From Mobula hypostoma (Eukaryota), in assembly GCF_963921235.1 (NCBI RefSeq), contig NC_086109.1:35156001-35220000 (forward strand): a DNA stretch of 64,000 nt. Reading direction: 5' to 3'. A program made the translations under genes and the position numbers. The notes beneath the pieces are model-generated. The model was not told the DNA's origin and did no database searches. It saw nothing but the letters and a program-made list of their open reading frames with translations. Shown piece after piece: positions 1 through 13,161 of this stretch (position 1 is the stretch's first letter; each line of letters opens with the position of its first letter).

Positions 1-879
1 AAATTAGAAGTGGTATGATGCTGCTTTAAGGAAATAAAATCTGCATTTGGAGTTAAACAGATTGACACTATTTGACCTTAGTAAGAAATTACTTCCAGCT
101 CACCTATTGAAATTAATTATGGATCAGCTCTTTGCTAAATTATAGCTTGCACAAATCTAAAGTGTCATTTTGCAATTTTCCATTGGTTATATGAGGTCTT
201 TGTTTTTCAGTTTAGCATTTGTATTAGATCTTTTTGTGTTACATGTTTTTCACTATAATCTTCAAGTAATGCTACAACAAAAGCTTCAGTACTTGGGTGA
301 CAATCTTGCTCTTCAGTAAGGAAAATTATAGTTAGAATAAGGAAAATCTTCCATCTTCCATCAGAAAAAATTATTGTTGTCAATAGTTATCAATCAGTCA
401 CAGATGGATTGGATTTAGTGGTGAGAAAGGAAGAGACTGAAACTCAAAGCAAGCTGCTCATAATGGCTTTGTGGTCTTTGTAAGTAAACTCAAAGATACT
501 ATGACTTACGGAAGGACGGATTTTCTTTTTATTTGTTTTGAATTGTGGTCTGACACTACGGATAAACAGCAGCAGTGATGCAATTTAATGCGTTAAACAT
601 CTAATCCAGTTTCAAAATTATTTCTGCAACAAACCTTGAAACAAAAAAAAACAAATTCAAGGATAACAGAATAAAGACTGGAATGGGGGAGGGTGTTAGT
701 TAAAGGTAACATCTAAGCACACTTAAAAAGTAACATAAGAACAACCTTTAACGCTCATGGAATGATACTATGAGAGAATGCCACTCCTCTGTTAAATTAT
801 TTTCAGGGATAAGGAGATGGTTCAGCAGTAAGAATTATTTTGACTTAAGGATTTGCTTGTGGCTTTATGCATAAAACCT

Positions 880-1345
880 TACATGTTCTAGGAATGAAAG
901 GGTTACCGTATGAGATACATCTGGCAGCTCTTGGGCTGTATTCCCTGGAGTTCAGGAGAGTAAGGGAGTATATCACAGAGGTGTTCTGAATGTTAAAAGG
1001 CCTGAACAAATTAGATATGGCAAAATTATTTCCCATGGTAGAGGAGTTTAGAAGAGGACATGACTTCAGGATTGTAGGATGCCCATTTAGAATAGAGATG
1101 CAGGGAAATTACTTTAGTCAGAGGGTGGTAAATCTGTGGAATTTGTTGCCACAACCGGCTGTTGAGGCCCAGTCATTGGGTGCATTTAAGGCAGAGATAG
1201 GTTCCTGATTAGCCAGGACATCAAAGGGTATGGGGAGAAGGCAGAGGAGTGGGAATGACTGGATGAATTGGATCAGCCCATGGCTGAATGGTGGAGCAGA
1301 CTCCATGGGCCAAATGGCCTAATTCTGCTCCTAGATCTAAGGGTA
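880..1345 (+). mobile_element. CR1 LINE 3' fragment (ORF2 C-terminus and tail)
   Basis: ORF 990-1208 contains the CR1 C-terminal motifs RGHDFRI and FSQRVVNLWNLLP; typical CR1 3' UTR follows. Confidence 0.85.
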
Positions 1346-2169
1346 TTATGGTTATGGTCTTCAATGGCTGAACAAAACAAATAATAAGTTTAAAAATACG
1401 CTTCAAATCACTGTTTCTGTTTATTACATCAGCAAATACATGGTACAAAGCACCTATGAAGGAGCAAAGTGCCACTGACTGATTTCTAGACTTCCTCAAT
1501 TAAAGAGAAAATAACTAATTGTGTAGGAAGCAGAATATAAATAAACCTAATCAACATTACTTATGTATGTATGTGCAGGCCTTAGAAGTCATTGTTAGCT
1601 TTGCAGAGAAGTGATTGCTTGTATTGACTATTTGACTATACTGCCATCATCGTAACATTATATTCCAGGGAAGCATTTATAAACAGTAAATTGGCAAATG
1701 CCTGTGTTAAAATTACAAGTTAGTCAATAGAGATATTTGACAATGCTATCACAAAATAAGCCAGGAGAATGAACTGTGTTATTGAAAAAACAAACAATAT
1801 ATGACACAAATATAATCAGATGAGACAGGCAGAAGTGTTAGCAGATATGTTCTCTTTGTCACTTCTCCTCTTCATGACCCTGGTAGAGTAATGTGTTTGC
1901 AAGTTAGGATCAGCCACCTACCATGTCTATTTTATTCTCCACAAGTGTACTATTTCTCTACATTCCAATGTAATTTACTGCTGCAGTGTACTTTAAGGCT
2001 GGTGAAACCAAGGGAACCTTGCCTTTGCGTCTTGACTTTGTTCCTTATTTTTGGCATGTTGATCATGTGCTTATGCAGATTTTAATTTTCCTTTCTTATG
2101 TGTGCTCCATAATTTTATTGCAAATCTTCATAGTTTGGTCTTGGATTTCACATGTTACAAAGAACTTCA

Positions 2170-2935
2170 TTGATGGTGTTGTAGCAACAACCTTGCACTC
2201 ACTGTTAGTAAGACCAAAGAACTGATTGTGGACTTCAAGAAGGGTAAGATGAGGGAGTCCACACCAGTCCTCTTTAGAGGGATCAGAGGTGGAAAGTGTG
2301 AGCAATTTCAAATTCCTGGGTGTCCATATCTCTGAGGGTCTATCTTTGATCCAATATATTGATTCAGCTACAAAGAAGACTCAACAGCAGCTATATTTCA
2401 TTAGGAGTTTGAGAAGATGTGGTATGTCTCCAAAACCACTCAAAAATTTCTACAGATGTACAATGGATAGCATTCTAACTGTCTGCATCACTGTCTAGTG
2501 TGGTGGGAGGGGGGTCTACTGCACAGGATTGAAGTAAGCTGCAGAGAGTTGTAAAATTAATCAGCTCCATCATGGGCACTAGCCTCCACAGTATCCAGGA
2601 CATCTTCAAGGAGAGATAGGTCAAAAAGGCAGTGTCCATCATTAAGAACCCTCATCACCCAGGTCATACCCTGTTCTCATTGCTACCAAAGAGGTACACG
2701 CTTCTTCCCAACTACCATCAAATTTCTGAATGGACATTGAAACCATTAACACTACCTCACTACTTTTTTAATTTCTATTTCTGCACTGTTTAGTTAAGAA
2801 AAGGGAAAGGTATGTCGCACCCAGAGTTTCTCCAGACGATTTCCCTCCCTTTTTTCATTGTAGTACTGCTGCAAAGACAACAAATTTCACAACATATGAC
2901 ACTGATATTAAACCTGAGTCTGATTCTAATTCTGA
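2170..2935 (+). mobile_element. Rex1/Babar LINE 3' fragment
   Basis: ORF 2289-2498 (SNFKFLGVHISE...LYFIRSLRR...FYRCTMDSILT) is the Rex1-type RT C-terminus; ends in a (tctgat)n-like tail. Confidence 0.8.
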
Positions 2936-3864
2936 TTTTAATCACAAGGGTGTAAGGGTACAGCCAATGTAACTCCCTTGTTCAAAATATTAGAAATACA
3001 AAAGGTAGGGAATTAGAAACCAGTTAGTTTAATATGCAAACGTTTGTATGTTGTTGGCAGGATGCGAGAGTCAACATTTAAAAAGGAAATAACTAATAAT
3101 TTAAGAAATAGAATATAAACAAAGCTAATCAATATGATTTTATGAAAGTTAAATCATGTTTGTCAAATTTCAGAAGTTCTTTGAGGGTGTAAAAGGGAGA
3201 GTTGATAGATGTAGTGAATTTAGCTTTCCAAAAGGCATTTGGCAAGCTGCCACATAACAAGCTGGTGCATAAATTTAGATTCCAACGTATATGAAGAAGT
3301 GTGGAAGCATGGACTGAAAACAGGCTATAATATAGAAAACAAAGGGTTGGAATAAATGGATCCTTTGCATGCTGGAGGCATATAAATAGTGGAATACCCC
3401 TGGATTGCTTCTTGGTGCTCAAATGTTGACTATTTGCATTAATAATCTGGAGGAGGGAATGAAATGTCTGCTTTCCAGGTTTGTTGATTTACAACTATCG
3501 ATGGAAGGGTATTTTATCATCCAGACATTGACTCTGCAAATAGAAGATTGAGAGACTGGGTAAAACTTGACAAATGGAGTTTAATGAGGAGAAGTGTCAG
3601 GTCATGTATTTTTGTGAGGGGAATCAAAAAATGATTTATCAAAATGGAGAGAGACCGTAAATGAGAGAAATTCATGGGGATCTACGTGTTTTAGTGCCTG
3701 AATCAAAATAAAGTTAGTCGGCAGGTGCAACAAGTAGTTAAGAAGGCAAATCACATCTTGGCAAAGTTGCTGGAGTTTAACAAGAGGAAGGCTTTGCTAC
3801 AGTTGTAAGGGTAGTGGTGAGGCCACACCTGGAATACAGTTTACAGATCTGGTTGCCTTCCCTT

Positions 3865-4995
3865 CACTTCGTGATTTTTATAAGTGACCTGGGTGAGGAA
3901 GTGGAGGGATGGTTTAGTGAATTTTCTGATGACACAAAGGTTGGGAGTGTTGTGGATAATGTGGAGGGCTGTCAGAGGTTACGGTGGGACATCAATAGGA
4001 TGCAAAACTGGGCTGAGAAGTGGCAGATGGAGTTCAACCCAGATAAGTGTGAGGTGGTTCATTTTGATAGGTCAAATATGATGGCAGAATATAGTATTAA
4101 TGGTAAGACTCTTGGCATTGTGGAGGATTAGAGGGATCTCGTGGTCCGAGTGCATAGGACAGATACTCAGAGCTGCTACACAGGTTGATTCTGTGGTTGA
4201 AAAGGCATATGGTGCATTGGCCTTCATCAACCATGGGATTGAGTTTAAGAGCTGAGAGGTAATGTTACAGCTATACAGGACCCTGGTCAGACCCCACTTG
4301 GGGTACTGTGCTCGGTTCTGGTGACAGGAAGAATGTGGAAACTATAGAAAGGGTGCAGAGGAGATTTCCAAGGATGTTGCCTGGATTGGGGAGCATGCCT
4401 TACCAGAATAGGGTGAGTGAACTTGGCCTTTTCTCCTTGGAGCAATGGAGGATGTCCCTTCCAGAATTTGAAAAAACGTAGTCTGTCCCCCCTCCGTACA
4501 TGGGTCTCTTGTAAAAATAAAATTTGTGCTTTAAGTCTCCGGAACACTTTAAAAACTTTTTTCCTTTTAATAGGATGATTAGTGAACTTGGCCTTTTCTC
4601 CTTGGAGCAATGGAGGATGAGAGGTGACCTGATAGAGGTGTATAAGATGATGAAAGGCATTGATCGTGTGGATAATCAGAGGCTTTTTCCCCGGGCTGAA
4701 ATGGCTATCATGAGAGGGCACAGTTTTAAGGTGCTTGGAAATAGGTACAGAGGAGATGTCAGAGGTAAATTTTTTATGCAGAGAGTGGTGAGTGCGTGGA
4801 ATGGGCTGCCGGCGATAGTGGTGGAGGTGAGTATGATAGGGTCTTAAAGAGACTCCTGGATAGGTACATGGAGCTTAGAAAAATAGAGGGCTATGGGTAA
4901 CCCTAGCTAATTTCTAAAGTAAGTTCATGTTCGGCAGAGCGTTGAGGGCCAAAGGGCCTTTATTGTGCTGTAGTTTCTCTATGTTTCTATGTTCC
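3865..4995 (+). mobile_element. Younger CR1 3' fragment nested in the older CR1
   Basis: FSDDTKVG, WAEKWQMEFNPDKCEV and RGHSFKV motifs, ending in a (tttctatg)n tail at ~4975-4993. Confidence 0.85.
4455..4580 (-). mobile_element. 126-bp L1-clade ORF2 APE endonuclease N-terminal fragment
   Basis: The reverse strand translates without stops as NHPIKRKKVFKVFRRLKAQILFLQETHVRRGDRLRFFKFWKG (LQETH motif). Flanked by an exact 39-bp direct repeat at 4416-4454 and 4581-4619. Confidence 0.85.
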
Positions 4996-6004
4996 TAAAA
5001 AAGCATATAGTAGCATTAGAGGCAGTGCAAAGGAGATTCACCAGACTACTTCTAAGGATAAGAGGGTTGTATTATCAAGGTAGACTAGATAATTCACTCG
5101 AGTTTAAAAGAATGAGGGATGACCTTATTAAAACTTACAAGAGATTTTGAGATTGATGTGGAGCTGTTTGTGGGAGTCACACATAAAGGACATAACTACA
5201 AAATAAGGGGCTGGTCACGTAAAACTGATGTGTGCAGAAACATTCTCTCAGAGGATAGTCGGTCTCTGGAAATTTCTGCCGTCATGAGTGGTGGAGGACT
5301 GATTTCTGTAGAAATTTAAGGTGGAAATAGATAAATATTTGTAAGATTAGGGAATTGGGGTTATGGTAAACTTGAGTTGAAACTAGCAGAGATATGCCAT
5401 AGTCATATTGAATGGTGGGGCAGGCTTGAAGGACCTGGGTAGCGTATGCCTACTCCTTCTTATATCCTCTGCCAAGGCACCCAGAACCATAGGAAAGAAA
5501 TACATGAATGTGTCATAGATGGCACAGACTTAATCTACAATAGAGTGTTGCTAGTTTTGAAAGAAGAACAGATCAGCTTTCGATGTTCTTTTTTTACAAT
5601 GTGATTCTAGAAAATTCCGAAGTAGGTATAAAGATTAAATTGATATGGGTGTTCATAGATATAGCTAAACATTCTCTGACTGGTATATTATCACAAAAGT
5701 TTCTAGTGGACACATCAGCACTAATCCTAATGAAGCTAGTGAAGCATTTGGTAGTTCTTGTTGGTTCCAATAGGCTTCAAAACACTGGATTCTTAGCTGT
5801 GTCCCAGTAGAAATGGATCAAAGAAAACCAAGTGTATTTCTTAAGTTCGATGAAAAATCAGTGTGTGTATTTGATAATAATAAGGGACCAATTTACCACT
5901 CTACAAAACACATAGTGCATGAATACTTAGCAGTCTACTGATAATATATCCAAAGGGAATGAGTATATTGACTGGAAATCAAGAATGAGATTCAACATTA
6001 TAAT

Positions 6005-6234
6005 GCAAACAACAGGAATTCTGCAGATGCTGGAAATTCAAGCAACATACATCAAAGTTGCTGGTGAACGCAGCAGGCCAAGCAGCATCTATAGGAAGAG
6101 GCGCAGTCGACGTTTCAGGCCGAGACCCTTCATCAGGACTAACGAAGGGTCTCGGCCTGAAACGTCGACTGCGCCTCTTCCTATAGATGCTGCTTGGCCT
6201 GCTGCGTTCACCAGCAACTTTGATGTATGTTGCT
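6005..6234. mobile_element. Non-autonomous Penelope-derived palindromic element with TSD
   Basis: Perfect 91-bp inverted arms (6041-6131, 6144-6234) with a 12-nt loop. Direct repeat tcaacattataat at 5992-6004 and 6234-6246. The sequence matches the terminus of the GIY-YIG element at 33490. Confidence 0.85.
6104..6141 (-). ncRNA. Minimal type I hammerhead ribozyme motif (Penelope-associated)
   Basis: Minus-strand RNA reads UAGUC-CUGAUGA-AGGGUCUCGGCCU-GAAAC-GUC-GACUG: intact core boxes, stem I UAGUC/GACUG, stem II AGG/CCU and a vestigial stem III. Confidence 0.7.
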
Positions 6235-6694
6235 CAACATTATAATATCCTGTTTGAAGTCTTATGTTCATGTGGCTCTGTTACAAATCCAGTCTTCTTT
6301 GACACTATCTGAAGTATCGTCACTTGGGTTTGTGGAGAAATTTAGCTTTTACCTCATAATTTTTCATACTTCCAGAAATAACAACTGTAAAATTTCCCAC
6401 TAATATATCACAAATTGCACCAAATTGAAGATTTCATATCAATGAACTGTCATCAAATGAAAGCATAACAATATAAAATATTAACTAAGTTTCTCTCTCC
6501 ACAGGTTCTGCTTGAACTTCTGAGTATCTCAGGCATTCTCTGCATTTATTTCAGAGGTCTACCATCTGTATGTGACGCAAAGTTATCCTGCCAATTAAAC
6601 AGATGTAGAATAGCTGAGTCGAATATTAAACTATTAAAGTGAGAAATTCTGACAGTTTAAGAACAAAATATATAAAAACTTGAACACTAATTTT

Positions 6695-7110
6695 AGGCTA
6701 CACAGGATCAGAAAAGGCTGCAGAGGACTACAACTCATCCAGCTGTATCAAGGGCACTAACCTCTCCAGCAATGAGGACATCATCAAAGGGTGATGCCTC
6801 AAACAGGCAGTAGCTACCATTAAGGACTCCCATCACCCAGGGCATACTCTCTTCTTAATATTACCATCAGAGAGGAGGTGAAGCAGCCTGATGACAGAAA
6901 CCCAACATTTTAGTAACAGCTTCTCCCCCTCTGCCATCAGATTTCACAACAATGAAACAAGCATGACACTACCCCACTATGTTTGCTCTTGTTCTGCACT
7001 AATTAAACATATTATTGTCATTTATAGTATATTTTGATGTATTGCACTGTTTTGTTGTGCAAAACAACAAATTTCACAGCAAATGTCATTGACATTAAAT
7101 CTGATTCTGA
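6695..7110 (+). mobile_element. Rex1/Babar 3' end, degraded
   Basis: Similar to 2520-2935 (caggat...gctgcagag, catcacccagg, tctgattctga tail). Confidence 0.65.
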
Positions 7111-8694
7111 TCCTCTGAGCTGGGTTTCAAAGTTTTAATTTGGGCAGGATTCTTGTGAAGATTTCTCACAGATTGTTTGTTACTCCAGCTTCTAGTGTTT
7201 CCATCACTTGAGCTAGGTGAGTAGGTAACATCTGATTCCACTTTACATTTTCTGGAGTTGCTGTTCAGTTACATTTTCCAATTGAAACACTCTCAGTATA
7301 TCAAGTCTCCCATGAAACGTATCTACACGTTGAGACATGGTCAAGAATGGGCATGATCAGAAGATCTGCAGTTCAATGATTCATAAATAAAAACTTCTGG
7401 TTTAGACTTAACCGATTTGTGCAAATCTGCGTTTCTTACTCGAACAACAATTACAACATCACTATAATGGCTATTCAATAAAGTTACAGAAACTGTTATT
7501 TTTGCAGAACCAATGTAATTAATTAGCTTTTGTAGGTATTCAAATTCCAACACTCCTGTAGGTTCTTTGACTTCCTCCAGAATTACTACTTTTCTTTCAC
7601 ATGAAGTCCAAAGCCTAAATTTTTAATGTGCTTATGTAACATAATGCTCAGAGTGTGCAATGATATGAAATAATTCCTGGCTAAGCCTCATGAAATAGTA
7701 GGTGCTTTGATGAAGTAGCAACCCTGATATGTGATATAGTATCGCGGATGGTCAATATGTTTATCAGGAGAATTATTCATCAGATTTCTGATCCCAGTTG
7801 CTTCAGCATCTCCATTACATCAGTGTCTCTTCTTATCTGACTGTGTCTCAAGGTGTGGATATGTAATTAAACAGCAAATCCTGAAGGTGTATAATGGAGC
7901 CAGATATTATCTACTCACCTTGTTAAAGTTATGGAAACACAAGAGAAAGAAGCAACAAACAATATGCTGGAGAGTACAGGATTTCCACTCATCCCCCCCC
8001 CACAGAGTTTCTCCAGCAGATTGTTTGCTGCTATGTTACAGTTATGTTTTGTTCAGTCAAAAAAGAGCCATGAGTCTTGACTATAGACTTCTCTTCTTCC
8101 AATAGTCAATCACAGTTATGAGAGCATCCAATTATCCCCATTTTTTGACATCCCAAGCAACCTGCTAAAGCTAACCCAGATTTTCCCAGTGTTAGTGTTG
8201 AAAATAATGCTGATTTGAGTTTTGGATCCGTATTTATATTTTCATGGAGATCAGATGTTTCCATCTCTGTAATAGTGCCACTGCCTCAGCTCAGCTGCTG
8301 CAGAAAACCACATCTATTTCTTCATTACTTCTGTACTTGTCTAGTCTGATACCCTCTCTTTGACCCTCTTCAGTTCACTCAGTTTAAAGCCATGCAAAAT
8401 TCTGCTGGCTATGAACTAATTTACAATGGGTTCCATTCACCCATTACAGTACCCTATACTCAGTAAACAATGTACATTGACTCACAACTAAGTAACATTA
8501 ATTTTAAAATTCTCATTATTGTTTTGAAATCCCTCTATGGCCTTATCCTCTTCCTCTCATTGTAACTATCATCTGCTCAACAACCATTGATGTATCTGCC
8601 CTTTTCTAATTCAGATCTCTTAAAATCTGCACTGGGCACCATTTCCCTGTCCTACTGTCTCAAGCCTATGGACAGGCAACACACTTATGTAACA

Positions 8695-9640
8695 ATAAAC
8701 TATTTTTTATTGACTTTAACTCTGCCTTCAGCACCATGATTCTAAGCAAACTCATCAATCTCCAAGACTTGGCAATCACCACCTCCCTCTGCAACTGGAT
8801 CCTCAACTTCCTGACCAACAGAGCACAACCAGTAAGGATTGGCAGCAATACCTCCATCACAATTATTCTCAATCTTTGTGCTCCACAAGGCTGCATCGTC
8901 AGCCTCCTGCTCTACTCCCTGTACGTTCATGACCCGATTCTACTCTAACTCCATCTTCAAGTTTGCTGAAGTTGGCCTTATCTCAAATAACAATGAGTGC
9001 AGGAGGGTGATAGAGAGATTAACAACATGTCATGACAGCAAACTTTCCCTCAATGTTAGCAATACAAAAGAGCTGGTCTTTGATTTCAGGAAGTGGGATG
9101 ACGCTCATGACCCTGTCTACATCAGTGATGCTGAGATTGAAGCTTCAAGTTCCTCAGAATGAACATTACAAATAGCCTGTCCTCATCCAAAACTATAGAC
9201 AGTACAGGCAAGAAAGCTCACCATTGTCTCTAGTACATCATGCGGTGAAAAAAATTCAATATGCCCCCATCGACTGTTACCAATTTTTATTGATACACCA
9301 TAGAAAATATCCTAACTGGATGTATCGTGGCAACAGCTCTGCCCACAATTGCAGGGAGCTGTGGACACAGCTCAGCACATTACAGAAACCAGCCATCCCT
9401 CCATGGACTCTGCACTTCATGCTGCCTCAGCAAAGCAGCCAGTGTAATCAAAGACCTTAACCCACTCAGGATATTTCCTCTTCTCTCCTCTCCTATTGCG
9501 TAGAAGATCCAAAAACCTGAAAGCACATAAAACCAGGGTCAAGTAAAACCTCTATCCTCTTGTTATGAGACTATTCAATGGTTCCCTAGTAAAATAAAAC
9601 AGACTCTTGACTTCACAATTTACCTCATTATGATCTACAT
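8695..9640 (+). mobile_element. Rex1/Babar RT fragment
   Basis: LCNWILNFLTNRAQPVRIG...APQGCIVSLLLYSLY and LSLNVSNTKELVFDFRK motifs. Confidence 0.8.
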
Positions 9641-9704
9641 GCACTGCAGCATCGATGATTTTATTAAGACTAATGCCTTGGACTTAACTTCCAAAACCTG
9701 TCGT

Positions 9705-12624
9705 CATAGAAACCATAGAAACTACAGCACAGAAACAGGCCTTTTGGCCCTTCTTGGCTGTGCCGAACCATTTTCTGCCTAGTCCCACTGACCTGCACAT
9801 GGACCATATCCCTCCATACACCTCCCATCCATGTATCTGTCCAATTTATTCTTAAATGTTAAAAAAGAACCCGCATTTACTTCCTCGTCTGGCAGCTCAT
9901 TCCATACTCCCACCACTCTCTGTGTGAAGAAGCCCCCCTTAATGTTCCCTTTAAACTTTTCCCCCCTCACCCTAAACCCATGTCCTCTGGTTTTTTTCTC
10001 CCCTTGCCTCAGTGGAAAAAGCCTGCTTGCATTCACTCTATCTATACCCATCATAATTTTATATACCTCTTTCAAATCTCCCCTCATTCTTCTACGCTCC
10101 AGGGAATAAAGTCCTAACCTATTCAACCTTTCTCTGTAACTGAGTTTCTCAAGTCCTGGCAACATCCTTGTAAACCTTCTCTGCACTCTTTCAACCTTAT
10201 TTATATCCTTCCTATAATTTGGTGACCAAAACTGAACACAATACTCCAGATTCGGCCTCACCAATGCCTTATACAACCTCATCATAACATTCCAGCTCTT
10301 ATACTCAATACTTTGATTAATAAAGGCCAATGTACCAAAAGCTCTCTTTACGACCCTATCTACCTGTGACGACACTTTTAGGGAATTTTGTATCTGTATT
10401 CCCAGATCTCTCTGTTCCAGTGCCTTACCATTAACCCTGTATGTTCTACGTTGCTTTGTCCTTCCAACGTGCAATACCTCACACTTGTCAGTATTAAACT
10501 CCATCTGCCATTTTTTAGCCAATTTTTCCAGCTGGTCCAAGTCCCTCTGCAGGCTCTGAAAACCTTCCTCACTGTCTACTACACCTCCAATCTTTGTATC
10601 ATCAGCAAACTTGCTGATCCAATTTACCACATTATCATCCAGATCATTGATATAGATGACAAATAACAATGGACCCAGCACTGATCCCTGTGGCACACCA
10701 CTAGTCACAGGCCTCCAGTCAGAGAAGCAATTCTCTACCACCACTCTCTGGCTTCTTCCATCGAGCCAATGTCTAATCCAATTTACCACCTCTCCATGTA
10801 TACCTAGCGACTGAATTTTCCTAACTAACCTCCCATGCGGGACCTTGTCAAAGGCCTTACCGAAGTCCATGTAGACAATATCCACTGCCTTCCCTTCATC
10901 CACTTTCCTGGTAACCTCCTCGAAAAACTCCAATAGATTGGTCAAACATGACCTACCACGCACAAAGCCATGTTGACTCTCCCTAATAAGTCCCTGTCTA
11001 TCCAAATGCTTGTAGATTCTGTCTGTTAGTTCTCCCTCCAATAACTTACCTACTACCGACGTTAAACTTACTGGCCTATAATTTTCCGGATTACTTTTCG
11101 ATCCTTTTTCAAACAACGGAACAACATGAGCCACTCTCCAATCCTCCGGCACCTCACCTGTAGACAGCGACATTTTAAATATTTCAGCCAGGGCCCCTGC
11201 AATTTCAACACTAGTCTCCTTCAAGGTCCAAGGGAACACCCTGTTAGGTCCCGGGGATTTATCCACTTTAGTTTTCCTCAAGACAGCAAGGACCTCTTCC
11301 TTTTCGATCTGTACAGTTTCCATGATCTCACTACTTGTTTCTCTTAATTCCATAGACTTCATGCCAGTTTCCTTAGTAAACACAGACGCAAAAAACCTAT
11401 TTAAGATCTCCCCCATTTCCTTTGGTTCCGCACATAGCCGACCACTCTGATCTTCAAGAGGACCAATTTTATCCCTTACAATCCTTTTGCTGTTAATATA
11501 CCTGTAAAAGCTCTTTGGATTATCCTTCACTTTGACTGCCAAGGCAATCTCATGTTTTCTTTTAGCCCTCCTGATTTCTTTCTTAAGTATTTTCTTGCAC
11601 TTCTTATACTCCTCAAGCACCTTATTTACTCCCTGCTTCCTATACACGTCATACAACTCCCTCTTCTTCTTTATCAGAGTTGCAATATCCCTTGAGAACC
11701 AAGGTTCCTTATTCCTATTCACTTTGCCTTTAATCCTGACAGGAACATACAAATTCTGCACTCTCAAAATTTCTCCTTTGAAGGCTTCCCACCTACCGAT
11801 CACATCCATGCCAGAGAACAACCTGTCCCAATCCACGCTTTTTAGATCCTTTCTCATTTCTTCAAATTTGGCCTTCTTCCAGTTAAGAACCTCAACCCTA
11901 GGACCAGATCTATCCTTGTCCATGATCAAGTTGAAACTAATGGTGTTATGATCACTGGAACCAAAGTGCTCCCCTACACAGACTTCTGTCACTTGTCCTA
12001 ACTCGTTTCCTAACAGGAGATCCAATATTGCATCCCCTCTAGTTGGTCCCTCTGTATATTGATTTAGAAAACTTTCCTGAACACATTTTACAAACTCTAA
12101 ACCATCTAGACCCCTAACAGTATGGGAGACCCAATCAATATATGGAAAATTAAAATCCTTTACCACCACAACTTTATGTTTCCTGCAGTTGCCTGCTATC
12201 TGTCTGCAGATTTGCACTTCCAATTCTCTTTGACTATTGGGTGGTCTGTAATACAATCCCACTAATGTGGCCATACCTTTCCTGTTTCTCAGCTCCACCC
12301 ATAAGGACTCAGTAGACAAGCCCTCTAATCTGTTCTGCCTGAGTACTATTGTAATATTTTCCCTAACAAGCAATGCCGCTCCCCCACCTTTCATTCCTTT
12401 GCCTCGATCACATCTGAAACATCGGAACCCTGGAATATTTAAGCTGCCAGTCCTGCCCCTCCTGTAGCCAAGTTTCACTAATTGCTATAACATCATAATT
12501 CCACATGTCAATCCACGCCCTCAACTCATCTGCCTTCCCTGCAATACTCCTAGCATTGAAATATATACACCTCAGAAAATTTTTACCACCACTCACAACC
12601 TTTCTATTAGTGGATTTGCTTGAA
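9705..12624 (-). mobile_element. CR1 LINE, 5'-truncated just upstream of ORF2, young
   Basis: (catagaaac)n tail at 9705 and full APE plus RT coding capacity. Confidence 0.95.
9779..12596 (-). pseudogene. CR1 ORF2 (APE endonuclease + reverse transcriptase) with one frameshift near 12440
   Basis: The N-terminus (CIYFNARSI...ISETWL, ORF 12408-12596) joins the 899-aa ORF 9779-12478 containing YRPP, SDHN, QHGF, PQGSVLGP and FADD. GDFN appears as KDFN. Confidence 0.93.
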
Positions 12625-12689
12625 CTCTTCTTTTATCTTCTTCTTTTTATCTCTTCTTTTATCTTCTTCTTTTTATCTCTTCTTTTTAT
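12625..12689. repeat. Pyrimidine-rich tandem repeat (26-bp unit, about 2.5 copies) at the CR1 5' junction
   Basis: ctcttcttttatcttcttctttttat at 12625-12650 and 12651-12676, plus a partial copy. Confidence 0.85.
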
Positions 12690-13161
12690 TTCAGATGCCT
12701 TGTTTACAAGGTCTTGTGCCTATTATTTGCACATGATGCTCAGCATCAAACTTTGTAAATACTCTGGAAGCATGCCTTTAGATATATGCTGCTTTAAGGA
12801 AGCAGGATATGCCTCTTCTTGTTTTAGTATTATGAAGTTATACTCAAGTTTAATACTAAATACTTGACCGAAGCTTGATTAAACAGCCACTGCTTATACT
12901 GTATAATAATCAAAGTAGATTAAAATAGCGCATGGGTGATAATACTTATATATATAAACATAGCCTATATTAAAATTAGAATGCAGTGTTAATATTCACA
13001 GATATACAGAGTTGATGTCTCAGCTTCAACACTTTATTCTAGGTACTGACCAGGTGGATTTCAGATTGATATACACCTTGGGAGTTAAACAGCTGTTTGC
13101 TGAGCACACACTCACCCAGCACTGCTCACAGAGCTGGTCATTGATCTTTAACCCCTTAGAG

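Larger units (their letters stand above)
3130..5465 (+). mobile_element. Old degraded CR1 RT region, split by a younger CR1 insertion
   Basis: Remnants of KSCL.NF / FQKAF.KLPH and VRPHLEY up to ~3862; the reading resumes at ~4995 (LEAVQRRFTR). Confidence 0.7.

Noticed and set aside
7341..7615. About 90-codon minus-strand open frame (LWTSCERKVVILEEV...DHAHS*) in unique DNA, resembling a last exon
   Set aside because: The acceptor lacks a pyrimidine tract, no homology is recognised and the phase does not join the better exon candidates. It still merits a tblastn.
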